Shown: positions 13,501 through 23,193 of the stretch, piece by piece
Layout of the letters: the number at the start of each line of letters is the position of its first letter
How positions within the stretch are numbered: the stretch's first letter is position 1
NCBI GenBank assembly: GCA_002633005.1
Contig: NMRA01000170.1
Location: 344,129-408,128, forward strand
Reading direction: 5' to 3'
DNA length: 64,000 nucleotides
Origin: Phoronis australis
Taxonomy: Eukaryota; Animalia; Phoronida
Translations under genes and position numbers: made by a program
Notes under the pieces: generated by a model
Databases searched by the model: none
What the model saw: the letters and a program-made list of their open reading frames with translations, nothing else
What the model was told of the DNA's origin: nothing

Positions 13501-16500
13501 TTGGTTTGAATCATCAAGACAGGGTTAAGTATTCTTGTAGGTCACTCTCATGAAACAAACCCCAGGCTCAATAATCCATCTCCACCCTACTGGTCATTAT
13601 ATGCTTCAAACACGCCGTCACTGTCTGTTTCCTGGCCCAGAAATTGCTTCTAGTAAGAGCAAGAAACAAGTTGAAGTCACTTTTATGGTGGCAAGTGATC
13701 CATATCAAAAGCAAATCTTTTTTGACAGAAGTCGAGCTCATGACAATTTTAGGTAGTTGCGTATGATCTTAAATAAACCATCACATGTGTTCTCCATGGT
13801 CTGAAAATCCCAGAAAACTGAAGAAGAGTAAATAATTTGAAAATTCTTTGTTTCAGCCTCGAGCTCGATTTGGGAAAGTATAAACAACAAGCAGATGAGG
13901 GTGGCATCAGTATGTATTATCTATTTTCATTCATTTCATTTGGCAATAAATGTTAAATATTCCAGTGTGGCAAGTCATTGTTGTACACATACATTTGTTG
14001 CTACGGCGGGCTCTGCAAGTCTTCTAGTGCACCCTTTGAAAGATCTTTATGAAATTTGGCAGATGTGTTCTAATGGAGCTGAGCGTAAATGACAACTTTC
14101 GGACGGATCCGACTACTGGTTTGTCCCCTGGTGGCAATTTTAATATTTCTATTTGCCTCTATATCTTCGGAGTTCCTTCTTGGATTTTCATGAAATTTGG
14201 CAATAGATTTCTTTTTAGGAGGCGACGACATCTTCCCATTTTTGGATGGATTTCGTACGTAGTGGCTGCTTTTATTTTTATAGTCTTCTTTTTGCGACTT
14301 CCTCTCTACCGAACCGATGGAAGGATGAATATGAAAATTAGTAGCTGTGTTTGATTATTGTGGTCTGTGGTTACCCCTAGTAGAAATTTAGGAGGCAGTG
14401 TTACCTTAAGGGTTGAGTGTCTGCCTCCTGTTCCCAAGGTCATAGGTCGTAATCCTAGTGGACCCCACTGCTAGACCATTGAATCAATTGCTTTGAACAC
14501 ATTTTCACTTATGCAATCATAAAATTAAATCCCCTGGTCATCAAGAATTAACAATTTCAAAAGTTGTGTATCATGATGACAATTATTTTCCAGCATCAGA
14601 AAAAATGTTTAACCACTGGACCAAGATGACCTCTGACCTTGACAAATTAGAATCCATTGAGGAGCAAGTCAAAGAGCTAGAAGAGAGTTCAGTCGCACTA
14701 AACACGAAAAACGTCGAGCTTCAACGCAGCCCATTCTCAAAAGCCAAGCAAGCCAATGAATTTGAGAAACTGTAAGTACTAGTTAAATGTTGCAATTTCC
14801 GTGCACATGGTGTCTTTTCCACTCTAATATGATATTTTAGCACAGTTGTTTTGCAAAAGTTTTACATAATGTACAATAATACATGCAGGGGAAGAGAATC
14901 TAGTTAGGACTGTGAAAGATGGAAAAGTTGACTGAAAAAAGTTCATTTAGCGATTGGTCATACTTTAACTAATATCTAGTTGAATGTATAAACATTTACA
15001 CTGGACAGCCGTAATTTTTCAAAAACGTATGACATATTCCCTGAAGATACAATACCAAAATAAAGGGGCGCAATTTAGTTTTCCTGTCAGAGTGGGTAAT
15101 GCAGTTATGAAGAGCAATTCGCTCGCGGTTAGTGCTCATGGTGGGGAATTGAGGTCATTTTGGGCGATTCATTTTGGTGTGGGCTTACGCACGCTATGTC
15201 GAGGAAGCAGGCAACAATCCCAACCATTTCCTTGACTTTTCAGTCGGTGCGTCATTAAATTCACGTGATCTGCTTTTCTTTTTTCATGTCATAAAATAAG
15301 AATGTTTTGGATTTTCGAAGATTGACGTTTTTATGTTGGTGTTTTCTTTTTTGAAGAGAAATCGAAGCTGCAGATTTGTATGAGCATCTTAAAGTACAGC
15401 ACAAAGGTATGTATAAATATGTCCTCACCTGTCATTCAGACATATGTCCCATATGAAAACGTCTACATTGAATAAGCAACGAATAGGCCTGCTCGTAGAG
15501 GATTCGAGGAACTCAGAGTAAACAGATATGTTTACAATGCGGTTATACCAATTTGAGCCTTGCCTTGAGACTGCTACTCCCGGTTTTCTTGAAAAATCTG
15601 CACACGACTTGAGTCTTTTCAAGCAATGTGCCCCACGAGTCTATAGAAATATTTGTCTACAAGTCTACGAGGGCTCCACGGTTGAAAACAAAATTGACTG
15701 TGAGTCAAGAGCTCTCCAGGTGTTATCTGTTAATTACTTGGAAAGTTATCGTTCATAAGATTAGATCAAGGCTCAGTTTCATGAAGGTTAAAGACTCAAT
15801 TTTCATTGTTGGCAACATGTCAACTGCGTTGTTCAACAAGTGCTATGTGTCATGCAATGGAATGACAGCATTGTTATTTCAGTCTAAGTTGAGACTAAAA
15901 TAGTTTCATGGCAAGTAGATATTTGTTTGCAGTATTTATCATTTATTTCTCATTTCAAGTTGGTTTCACGAACAACTTAGAGAAATAAACACCTGGAAAT
16001 GTTGGTTCAAAATCCAATGATTTGTGTAGTCAAATATTGTTTTGATAGGATGTATGGCTGAGCTTGACAAAGCCATACCAGTGTGCTCAGGTAAATAGGA
16101 CGTCACTATTTGATTTCAGTTTCATAGTTCATTGTTGGAGTCTTTTCTCCTTCATTTCATAATACATTGTCTTTTAAGGTTGAGAATTGTTATAGTAGTT
16201 CAAGTGCTCTCAAGTACTGATAATAGTTCAAATGCCCTCAAGTAATGATAATAGTAATTTACGATGGAATAATAAAATGATTTCTATATTTCTATTTGTT
16301 GAGTACATGTCAAAAGTAATTACTGACAATTTACCTGTCGTCATAGCAACACACTGCTGTGACACCTGTCCATCATGTCTGCCAATGATGCAATGTAGCT
16401 GAAAGTGAGCAAAATGAAAAAAACACTTCTTATCTGTAGTTAGAATTTTGTCTGAATGACAACTCATGATTTTGTTCGGCGCGTACAGTATTACATGATA

Positions 16501-19500
16501 TATGGTAAATTATTTTACAAAAATTCTACTACTTGTGTGAATACAAATTGGCCATGATTTGTTATTTCAGACAGGCGGCCTCCTGTAGCCAATGCTCCGA
16601 TGGTCAGAATTATTGTCAAGTGTGTCACGCAAATGCAGACTTGTTTGGACGAATTGTATCAGCATTTAGAGTGAGTAGCATGTCAAATAAACCGTTATAA
16701 TTTGTAGCTACATATTGGACCTGCATCAGTAAAACTTTCGTAACTGAGCTGTAGAGAAAGTTATAGCAGTGGTGTGTTACTGCTTGCGTTAAACAAAACT
16801 GAGGTGTGGCAAGACATTCGATTACGCAAAAGTCTCCTGTGATTTGAGGAAAACCTTACAAGATCGCTGAAGACACATTCCTTCTCGCTCCCTGTCCTAT
16901 TTCCTTCCATTTGCCCATCTCTGCCTTCCTTCCCTTCAGCTTCTGTCCCCTTCGCCCCCCTGGCCTCCCTCCGTCTGGCCTCCCTCTTCCTCCTCTCTGT
17001 CACTAGTGACTTTCATTCAAGAGTAACTGTATCATACATATACAGTTGTGCACTGTGTAGAGCTTTCAGTTCTGTGGGATTGCCCAGCCAGATAGCCAAT
17101 GTCTTATGCCAGATTATTTCCAGGAAACTGTCGGCCACTAAACTGGAAGTGCTAGCCTTGATACCAAAAATTGAAGCTCTCCTCGAAGAGATTGAAGTTG
17201 CTACGGAGAAACTGTCGAAAAATCAGGAATCGCGACAGAAGGATGTGTGGAAATTGTTGGGTGCATCTGTAAGTGTCATTTGGTGTTTAGATGTCAGTTG
17301 AGTGCATCTGTGTCATTACGAGTATTTAGATGTCAGTTGAGTGCATCTGTGTCATTTCGAGTATTTAGATGTCAGTTGAGTGCATCTGTGTCATTTCCAG
17401 TATTTGGATGTTAGTTGAGTGCATCTGTGTCATTTCCAGTATTTAGATGTCAGTTGAGTGCATCTGTGTCATTTCCAGTATTTAGATGTCAGTTGAGTGC
17501 ATCTGTGTCATTTCGAGTATTTAGATGTCAGTTGAGTGCATTTGTGTCATTTCCAGTATTTGGATGTCAGTTGAGTGCATCTGTGTCATTTCCAGTATTT
17601 GGATGTTAGTTGAGTGCATCTGTGTCATTACGAGAGTTTAGATGTCAGTTTGTACAACGTTGTGCTTATTTGTTGTTGACATGTGTTGTATACTTAAATA
17701 CAATAGTAATTAGTGGTCTCCATTGTCTGGTTACAGTATCAAGTGATTACCTGTGACTTGACACTTTCAAAAATGGCTGAAGTTTCATCTNTCTACTACT
17801 TGTTTGAATACAAATTGGCCATGATTTGTTATTTCAGACAGGCGGCCTCCTGTAGCCAATGCTCCGATGGTCAGAATTATTGTCAAGTGTGTCACGCAAA
17901 TGCAGACTTGTTTGGACGAATTGTATCAGCATTTAGAGTGAGTAGCGTGTCAAATAAACCGTTATAATTTGTAGCTACATATTGGACCTGCATCAGTAAA
18001 ACTTTCGTAACTGTGCTGTAGAGAAAGTTATAGCAGTGGTGTGTTACTGCTTGCGTTAAACAAAACTGAGGTGTGGCAAGACATTCGATTACGCAAAAGT
18101 CTCCTGTGATTTGAGGAAAACCTTACAAGATCGCTGAAGACACATTCCTTCTCGCTCCCTGTCTTCTACCTCCATTTCTATTTCCTTCCATTTGCCCATC
18201 TCTGCCTTCCTTCCCTTCAGCTTCTGTCCCCTTCTCCCCCCTGGCCTCCCTCTTCCTCCTCTCTGTCACTAGTGACTTTCATTCAAGAGCAAATGTATCA
18301 TACATATACAGTTGTGCACTGTGTAGAGCTTTCAGTTCTGTGGAATTGCCCAGCCAGATAGCCGATGTCTTATGCCAGGTTATTTCCAGGAAACTGTCGA
18401 CCACTAAATTGGAAGTGCTAGCCTTGATACCAAAAATTGAAGCTCTCCTCGAAGAGATTGAAGTTGCTACGGAGAAACTGTCGAAAAATCAGGAATCGCG
18501 ACAGAAGGATGTGTGGAAATTGTTGGGTGCATCTGTAAGTGTCATTTCGTGTGTAGATGTCAGTTGAGTGCATCTTTGTCATTTTCAGTATTTGGATGTT
18601 AGTTGAGTGCATCTGTGTCATTACGAGGGTTTAGATGTCAGTTTGTACAACGTTGTGCTTATTTGTTGTTGACATTTGTTGTATACTTAAATACAATAGT
18701 AATTAGTGGTCTCCATTGTGTGGATACAGTATCAAGTGATTACCTGTGACTTGACACTTTCAAAAATGGCAAGTTTCATCTCATACGTGGAAAATTCATC
18801 AAAACTTTTTACAAGTTGAAAGTAAAAACTCGAGGGAAAACCGTAGGAAATTATTGAAGTATCATTTTGTCAGTGTTTTCATCAATTCACGCATATAGTT
18901 CTGCTTGGCTGCAATCTTTAGAAAAAATCACCTGTCGTCTTTTTGTCACAAGAATAACTTGTGCATAATGAAAACTAAACTTGAAAACTAATGCAGTTTG
19001 TTTCATAAGTGTTTTTACTTGGTTTCATCATGCAACGTAAAATAATCAAACATAGCATGTCCATTCCAACTTTGCTCATTTGGCATTTACCCGATCGACC
19101 ATTCGAGGAAGCGCTCACCCCCGACATCTTTAAGTTTTGTTTATAAACAACATGCTTGGTAAAACACCTTTGATTTTTGATTTTCCTAGTTAAAACAACC
19201 TGGGTAATAAATCAAAAGAGTATGGTATTATGTTGTTATGGAACATGGCACTTTAGTTGACGAGTAAAATTATCTATTTACTTTCTCATGACAGGTCAAG
19301 AAGTCAAAATTGTCGACGGGAACTAGCAGTACAAGCGATTTAGACTCATTGGCAAGGTCGGTGTCACAAAACTCTCAGACGCAGCTAGTATCGTCCGTTT
19401 TTGACCAGCAAGTGATGTACAGTAGATACAATGAGGCCTCCAAAAACCAGTAAGTAACTGTTGATTCATTTAAAGCCAGACCGTGCATGCTTTTGGAGGC

Positions 19501-20986
19501 CTAAATGTCTGCAATTTCAGACTAATGCTTATGAGCTCCGCCTAGTGCAGTCTTGCGAAACTAGAAAACGTTAACTCTTGACAAACGCAGAATGAGAGCA
19601 AAGTAATTCTTTATTGAAATTCATGGCTGTCCCAACATAACAGGTACACTACCCGCATACCTGGAATATGCACCTGCAATCTCGCTCCAATGTTCTATAG
19701 GGTCCTGGAAAAATGTCCAAATTTGGCAAACTGTGTCGCACTATATCTCAGAAACGGCTGATTGAATTTTATGTGAAACTTACAGATATCACGCTTTATG
19801 CAGTGTTTTCCAAAATGCTGTTAGGGTTTGCTTTTAAAATGTGCCAATGAAAAAATCAAATGTTGCACAAAACAAAATGATAATTTAGATGTAACAGCCT
19901 TAGTTTCAAACAAAATTTTGTCTGGTTAGTGATAACATTGTTTTGCTATGAATATATTTTTTCTTTTTTGCTGAATTTTATTAAGAACACGTCACATGAC
20001 CTGATTAATGACAGATTAGCAAAACATCAAAAATATATTTCTACAGGCTGCTTTAAAAAGTTCAAAGCTTAGTTTTCTAGGCATTTGGCTTTATAATATT
20101 CACAGACTCGTCAGTAAGGTTATACATAACGTTAACTGCTTTTTAGGATTATCAAACTCGGGTTCTGAGAGAAACATTGATTTCACTTCAGTTTGTTTGC
20201 TAATTTTTTTGCTTAAGCAAGCTTCAAGCTGTAGCCATGGTTTAGTTTCCCTTAGTTTCGATTTTATGGCCGTGTTTCATTAGTATTGCATATTTTGCTG
20301 AATCTTTGTACATTTTGTTGTTACAGTTGAAGCAGTTTCTTACAATGTATACAGTTCAGCCTACATTGCGGTGTTTTGTATATGGTTCGGGTGTTTCAAG
20401 GTTCCACTGATGATGGAGAATGTGATAAAATAACAAAAGTCAAATAGCTCCTTTTTGTGGAAAACGATGAGAAGTCATGGAAAAGTACTGGAAAATCCAA
20501 TGTGATAGATGAATTAACTCTGGTTTACACTTTTTTGCTAGTTTGTGCATTCATTATTGTCAGCTTGGCAACAATCATGAGCAAAAATTAATTATAAAAA
20601 ATCCTTCATCTGTGGAAACAAAACTGTATCCTGACTAACTGGTGGAAAACTTGTGAATAGTGAAAAACAATAAGAGTTGGAGCTATGCCAAAACACAAAA
20701 TGCTTTTGCATCACAAAGTTTAGGTTAGTTGGACCACAGAGCTCCCAGTAGTTCAAGCACTTCATACTGGCTTTGTGGGCTTTTCTCTAAATTTTCTATC
20801 AATAGATTTTGGCAATCCCTTCTGCCAGAACCGTACAGTGATTAACATTGACACGGTTGGTTTCTTTTTAGACTGAGCCAAGCGATGAGTCTCCTTGCAA
20901 GTGCTGCTGCTAGTCAAGCACCACCTGCTGGGCCGGATTGGAGCTTCTTGGACGATGCGTCATCATTACTTCAGAGTTTGAGTTGA
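1442..20986 (+). CDS. IKK: Inhibitor of NF-kappa-B kinase alpha/beta (IKK), whole gene, 18 coding exons, ~758 aa
   Basis: Exons 1442-1564, 4062-4283, 4749-4907, 5607-5696, 8091-8215, 9144-9251, 9541-9673, 10261-10452, 10934-11068, 11690-11781, 12777-12878, 13857-13909, 14594-14771, 15357-15406, 16571-16670, 17124-17268, 19295-19449, 20872-20986 join in frame (2277 nt). Motifs: [50 protein letters not shown], ubiquitin-like domain, MLNLLRNN, ELQRSP, C-terminal DWSFL. It cannot be assigned to CHUK versus IKBKB and is probably a pro-orthologue of both. Confidence 0.95.
1648..1700 (+). mobile_element. Terminal fragment of a TA-flanked non-autonomous DNA transposon
   Basis: TA-CCGTATTTGCCCTAATAAGCGCCC with internal repeat TATAAGCGCCC, typical of a MITE end; partner end not found. 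Confidence 0.4.
4062..4283 (+). CDS. IKK: IKK exon 2 (catalytic Lys, hinge)
   Basis: [12 protein letters not shown]...[11 protein letters not shown]; ttcag / gtgagt boundaries. Confidence 0.95.
4749..4907 (+). CDS. IKK: IKK exon 3 (catalytic loop)
   Basis: [13 protein letters not shown]...[19 protein letters not shown]; ctcag / gtaaga. Confidence 0.95.
5607..5696 (+). CDS. IKK: IKK exon 4 (activation loop)
   Basis: [30 protein letters not shown]; tgtag / gtaagt. Confidence 0.95.
5900..6068 (-). mobile_element. tRNA-derived SINE
   Basis: Minus strand reads GGAGACAGTGTGGCCAAGAGG (A-box-like) ... GGTTCGAATCC (B box); CATT simple-repeat tail near 5903-5935; no complete cloverleaf. Confidence 0.6.
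6203..7862. mobile_element. Degenerate MITE family with CWG-flanked GGG(C/G)TCTG(T/C)TTCA ends, possibly PIF/Harbinger-like
   Basis: Left CTGGGCTCTGTTTCATGA at 6203, right TGAAGCAGACCCCTG at ~7848-7862; related ends at ~5720, ~6190-6205 and ~13549-13565. Confidence 0.4.
6765..7629 (+). mobile_element. Helentron/HINE-like non-autonomous element carrying an internal tandem array
   Basis: Starts TTTTTATGCGCCCAC followed by a short palindrome and GTCC-like microsatellite; ~5 diverged ~150-bp subrepeats sharing TATCTCC and TGAAATTTGG boxes; ends GGGCATATTTCAACACTCCGCGTTGCTCTTGTT. Confidence 0.7.
8091..8215 (+). CDS. IKK: IKK exon 5
   Basis: [41 protein letters not shown]; tatag / gtgagt, ends phase 2. 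Confidence 0.95.
9144..9251 (+). CDS. IKK: IKK exon 6
   Basis: [35 protein letters not shown]; tccag / gttagt, phases fit neighbours. Confidence 0.85.
9541..9673 (+). CDS. IKK: IKK exon 7 (end of kinase domain)
   Basis: [23 protein letters not shown]...[14 protein letters not shown]; ttcag / gtaata. Confidence 0.92.
10261..10452 (+). CDS. IKK: IKK exon 8 (ubiquitin-like domain)
   Basis: [15 protein letters not shown]...QELLLPTG...VTQCGDAE; ttcag / gtgagc. Confidence 0.92.
10934..11068 (+). CDS. IKK: IKK exon 9
   Basis: [14 protein letters not shown]...[20 protein letters not shown]; actag / gtaagt. Confidence 0.9.
11690..11781 (+). CDS. IKK: IKK exon 10 (scaffold/dimerisation domain)
   Basis: [30 protein letters not shown]; tgtag / gtgagt. 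Confidence 0.9.
11811..12014. mobile_element. Degenerate hAT-like MITE
   Basis: CATTGGCATAG ... CTATGCCAGTA imperfect TIRs with subterminal GGGGCCATGGCCCC palindrome. Confidence 0.4.
12777..12878 (+). CDS. IKK: IKK exon 11
   Basis: [33 protein letters not shown]; ttcag / gtatta. Confidence 0.92.
13857..13909 (+). CDS. IKK: IKK exon 12
   Basis: [17 protein letters not shown]; ttcag / gtatgt. Confidence 0.9.
14030..14385 (+). mobile_element. Fragment of the same HINE-like family
   Basis: ATGAAATTTGG boxes and ACTTTCGGAC...CCCTGGTGGCAATT match 6850-7200. Confidence 0.6.
14594..14771 (+). CDS. IKK: IKK exon 13
   Basis: [11 protein letters not shown]...[19 protein letters not shown]; tccag / gtaagt. 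Confidence 0.92.
15357..15406 (+). CDS. IKK: IKK exon 14
   Basis: [16 protein letters not shown]; T-tract gaag / gtatgt, phases 2 and 1 fit neighbours. Confidence 0.85.
16571..16670 (+). CDS. IKK: IKK exon 15 (second copy at 17838-17937)
   Basis: [32 protein letters not shown]; ttcag / gtgagt. Confidence 0.88.
17124..17268 (+). CDS. IKK: IKK exon 16 (second copy at 18390-18534)
   Basis: [17 protein letters not shown]...[15 protein letters not shown]; tccag / gtaagt. Confidence 0.88.
17293..17650 (+). repeat. 39-bp minisatellite (9 units; 2 units in the copy at 18559-18636)
   Basis: Unit GTCAGTTGAGTGCATCTGTGTCATTTCCAGTATTTAGAT, period 39. Confidence 0.95.
19295..19449 (+). CDS. IKK: IKK exon 17 (Ser-rich region)
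   Basis: [25 protein letters not shown]...EASKN; gacag / gtaagt, phases fit. Confidence 0.8.
19697..20060 (+). repeat. Dispersed repeat family; other copies at ~37885-38300 (+) and ~53750-53982 (-)
   Basis: Shared TAGG.(C/T)CC...AAAAATG(T/G)CCAA, CTCAGAAA.GGCT, GAAACTT and TCTACAGGCT blocks. Confidence 0.6.
20872..20986 (+). CDS. IKK: IKK last coding exon (NEMO-binding domain)
   Basis: [37 protein letters not shown] then TGA; tttttag acceptor. Confidence 0.88.
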
Positions 20987-22373
20987 CATTCATTTACCAT
21001 TTGTTTCATCTCAATTTTGCTTACAAATACCATTTGTGCCGACTATATCAGTTACCTACAGTATAAACTACGTACTTTGCAAGTCTTCGTCAATTACTCC
21101 AATGCATTATGGTTAGGTGTACCGTGTAATCCTAGAGAAATGTCCACCATCTTGGATATATTGTACTCTATTTACCCTTCTTCAAATGAAAACATGCAGC
21201 AACAGCATGTAGCGCTAGCGTGTGTTGGCTGTGAAGAGGTAGTTAAAGACCAGACTGGTGTTTATGTGATACTGCAACTTACGTGGTTTAGGTTGGTAGC
21301 CGATACGTATTATTTTTATTTGCTATTATTGTATCTTTCACCCTGTTAAGCAAGCTACAAATGAAACGTGAATTGGGCCTTTTACTCACCCCAGTCGATC
21401 TCGTTACATTCCTCATGATAGTCTTCCAGTTTGGTTACGAGTTCAACCCTCAGGCAATGCATACATCAGCCATGTTTGGGTTGACCAACCTCATTGAACT
21501 CTGCGTTTTGTTGAACCACTTATTGTTTCAATGTATTTGTTGCACCACAGATTGTTTCAATGTATTTGATGAGCCACTGACTGTTTCAATGTACTTGTTG
21601 GTAATGGAAGTAGAATCCTATCACCAATTTGATGAGAGTAAAAATCCTAATCCTATTTTGTTTTTCATCCAGTCAGATAGGTTGAAATGCAGCTTTAACA
21701 TACTAGAACCTACTTTGTTAGGCTCCAAATGTGCCATCTTGTACAGTACTAACCAAGTCAGAGGCAATGAACTAATTGTTTTGGGGATTTACGAGGCTGT
21801 ATCATTTGATCATTCTCAGTAGTGTCCAGATTCAACGTGTTGCACAACTATTCCTCCTTTTAATCTGTCAGCAAGTGACGGTGGTGTAGTACTAGGAATT
21901 TGTATTTGTCATGAACAGTGATGCTCAGCATTGGCTTGTTTTTTGCATATTTCTAAGCAAAAATGTAAATATTTTGAGAATTAGTATGAGGAAGCTGCTT
22001 TATAATAAAGGGCTCGTTACCTTAGGTTTTGTTTTTTCATGATACAAGGATTTAATTATACAGGGGGTGTGCAGCTTGAGTAAAATTTTGTGAATGGCAC
22101 TGTTTAGATCTGGAAATTTTGCCACTTTTAACACGACGGTGTGTGTAATGAACATGTCGCGAAGTACAAGTTGTTCTATCTGACAGTAACGTTATTTTAC
22201 TATTTATTACAAACTAAGTATTAATTCCTTTTATTTGTACTTTAAGTTAATTGTAATGCGTTATGTGCTGTTCATTCAGTTAACCCCATGGGTAATAGGT
22301 GGGGCTCCTGTGAGCCAAAAACACAATAATGTAACTTTGTTTCGTCATTAGTGTCGGCCATCTTTGTACCGAT

Positions 22374-22383
22374 AATAAATAAA
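22374..22383 (+). terminator. Candidate IKK polyadenylation signal
   Basis: Overlapping AATAAA hexamers (AATAAATAAA) about 1.4 kb after the stop codon. Confidence 0.45.
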
Positions 22384-22787
22384 GATCAAGAAAACTAGTA
22401 ATCAAGAAACGTGTTTCAACACAAACAAGAACAAACAGTTACAAAACTACAAACATGACTCTCAAAATAAATACTTAATGAATATGTTATGAGCTTGCGC
22501 GAAAAGATGATATATACAACAAACTTGTACAACGACTGAAGAAATGAGTTAGTCCGACTTGTAGGGCTTCAAGTAGCTAGTTATGTTGGCCAGAGGACAG
22601 ACCCGCTCTGGTTTCCCCGAGTCAGTTAAATATAGAAGATGAATGGTATTTGAAGCTTGTGTGTGTAAATCTCGGTTACAGAGGGAGGCCATTACCTTTG
22701 TATTCCATGGAAAGAACCTCAAGCTGGAATAAAAAACTAAAGTTTGAATTCCCAGGAACATTATTTCAATACCGATTACCCAGGGGA

Positions 22788-23193
22788 TCATAGTTCATCC
22801 TTGTCTTCATGAACATTGCACATTTCTGTGAATTTACAATTGTCGCGATAATCCTGAAAATATTTGTGAAACACATCGTACGGACAAAGAGTGTGCTCAC
22901 AAAATGGCAATTTCATCACTTGCTCATTGACGAGCACTTGAACCATATAGCGATCAAACTCTTTCGGCCATTCTAGGACATCGTGCATAATAGTCATCTC
23001 TGGGTCACACTTGTACAGAACGACCGCTACATTAGCGGACATTGGTGCAATGACACCAGCACGAAACTTGCGACCTCTGACCTTGTGGTAGTTATCTGCA
23101 GTCAAGGGAAAGGGCGGCTTGAAGAGACCCATGGTGGCAATTAGAGGAAACAAAGTCTCGGCATGCCCAAACCTAAAAACACCTCTGAGTGTC
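22788..23193 (-). CDS. MINPP1: MINPP1 last exon
   Basis: TLRGVFRFGHAETLFPL...PMSANVAVVLYKC...VQVLVNE...HEDKDEL then stop; cacag acceptor. Confidence 0.95.

Larger units (their letters stand above)
16526..18781. repeat. Near-identical tandem duplication joined by a single N at 17791; probable allelic assembly artefact
   Basis: 16526-17790 versus 17792-18781 differ only by SNPs, small indels and VNTR copy number. Confidence 0.85.

Noticed and set aside
17838-18534. Real tandem exon duplication extending the IKK scaffold domain
   Set aside because: Incompatible phases, near-identical introns and a single-N join point to an allelic assembly artefact.
21017-21822. 110-aa and 153-aa ORFs downstream of IKK
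   Set aside because: They lie in the probable IKK 3' UTR and have no recognisable motifs or splice structure.
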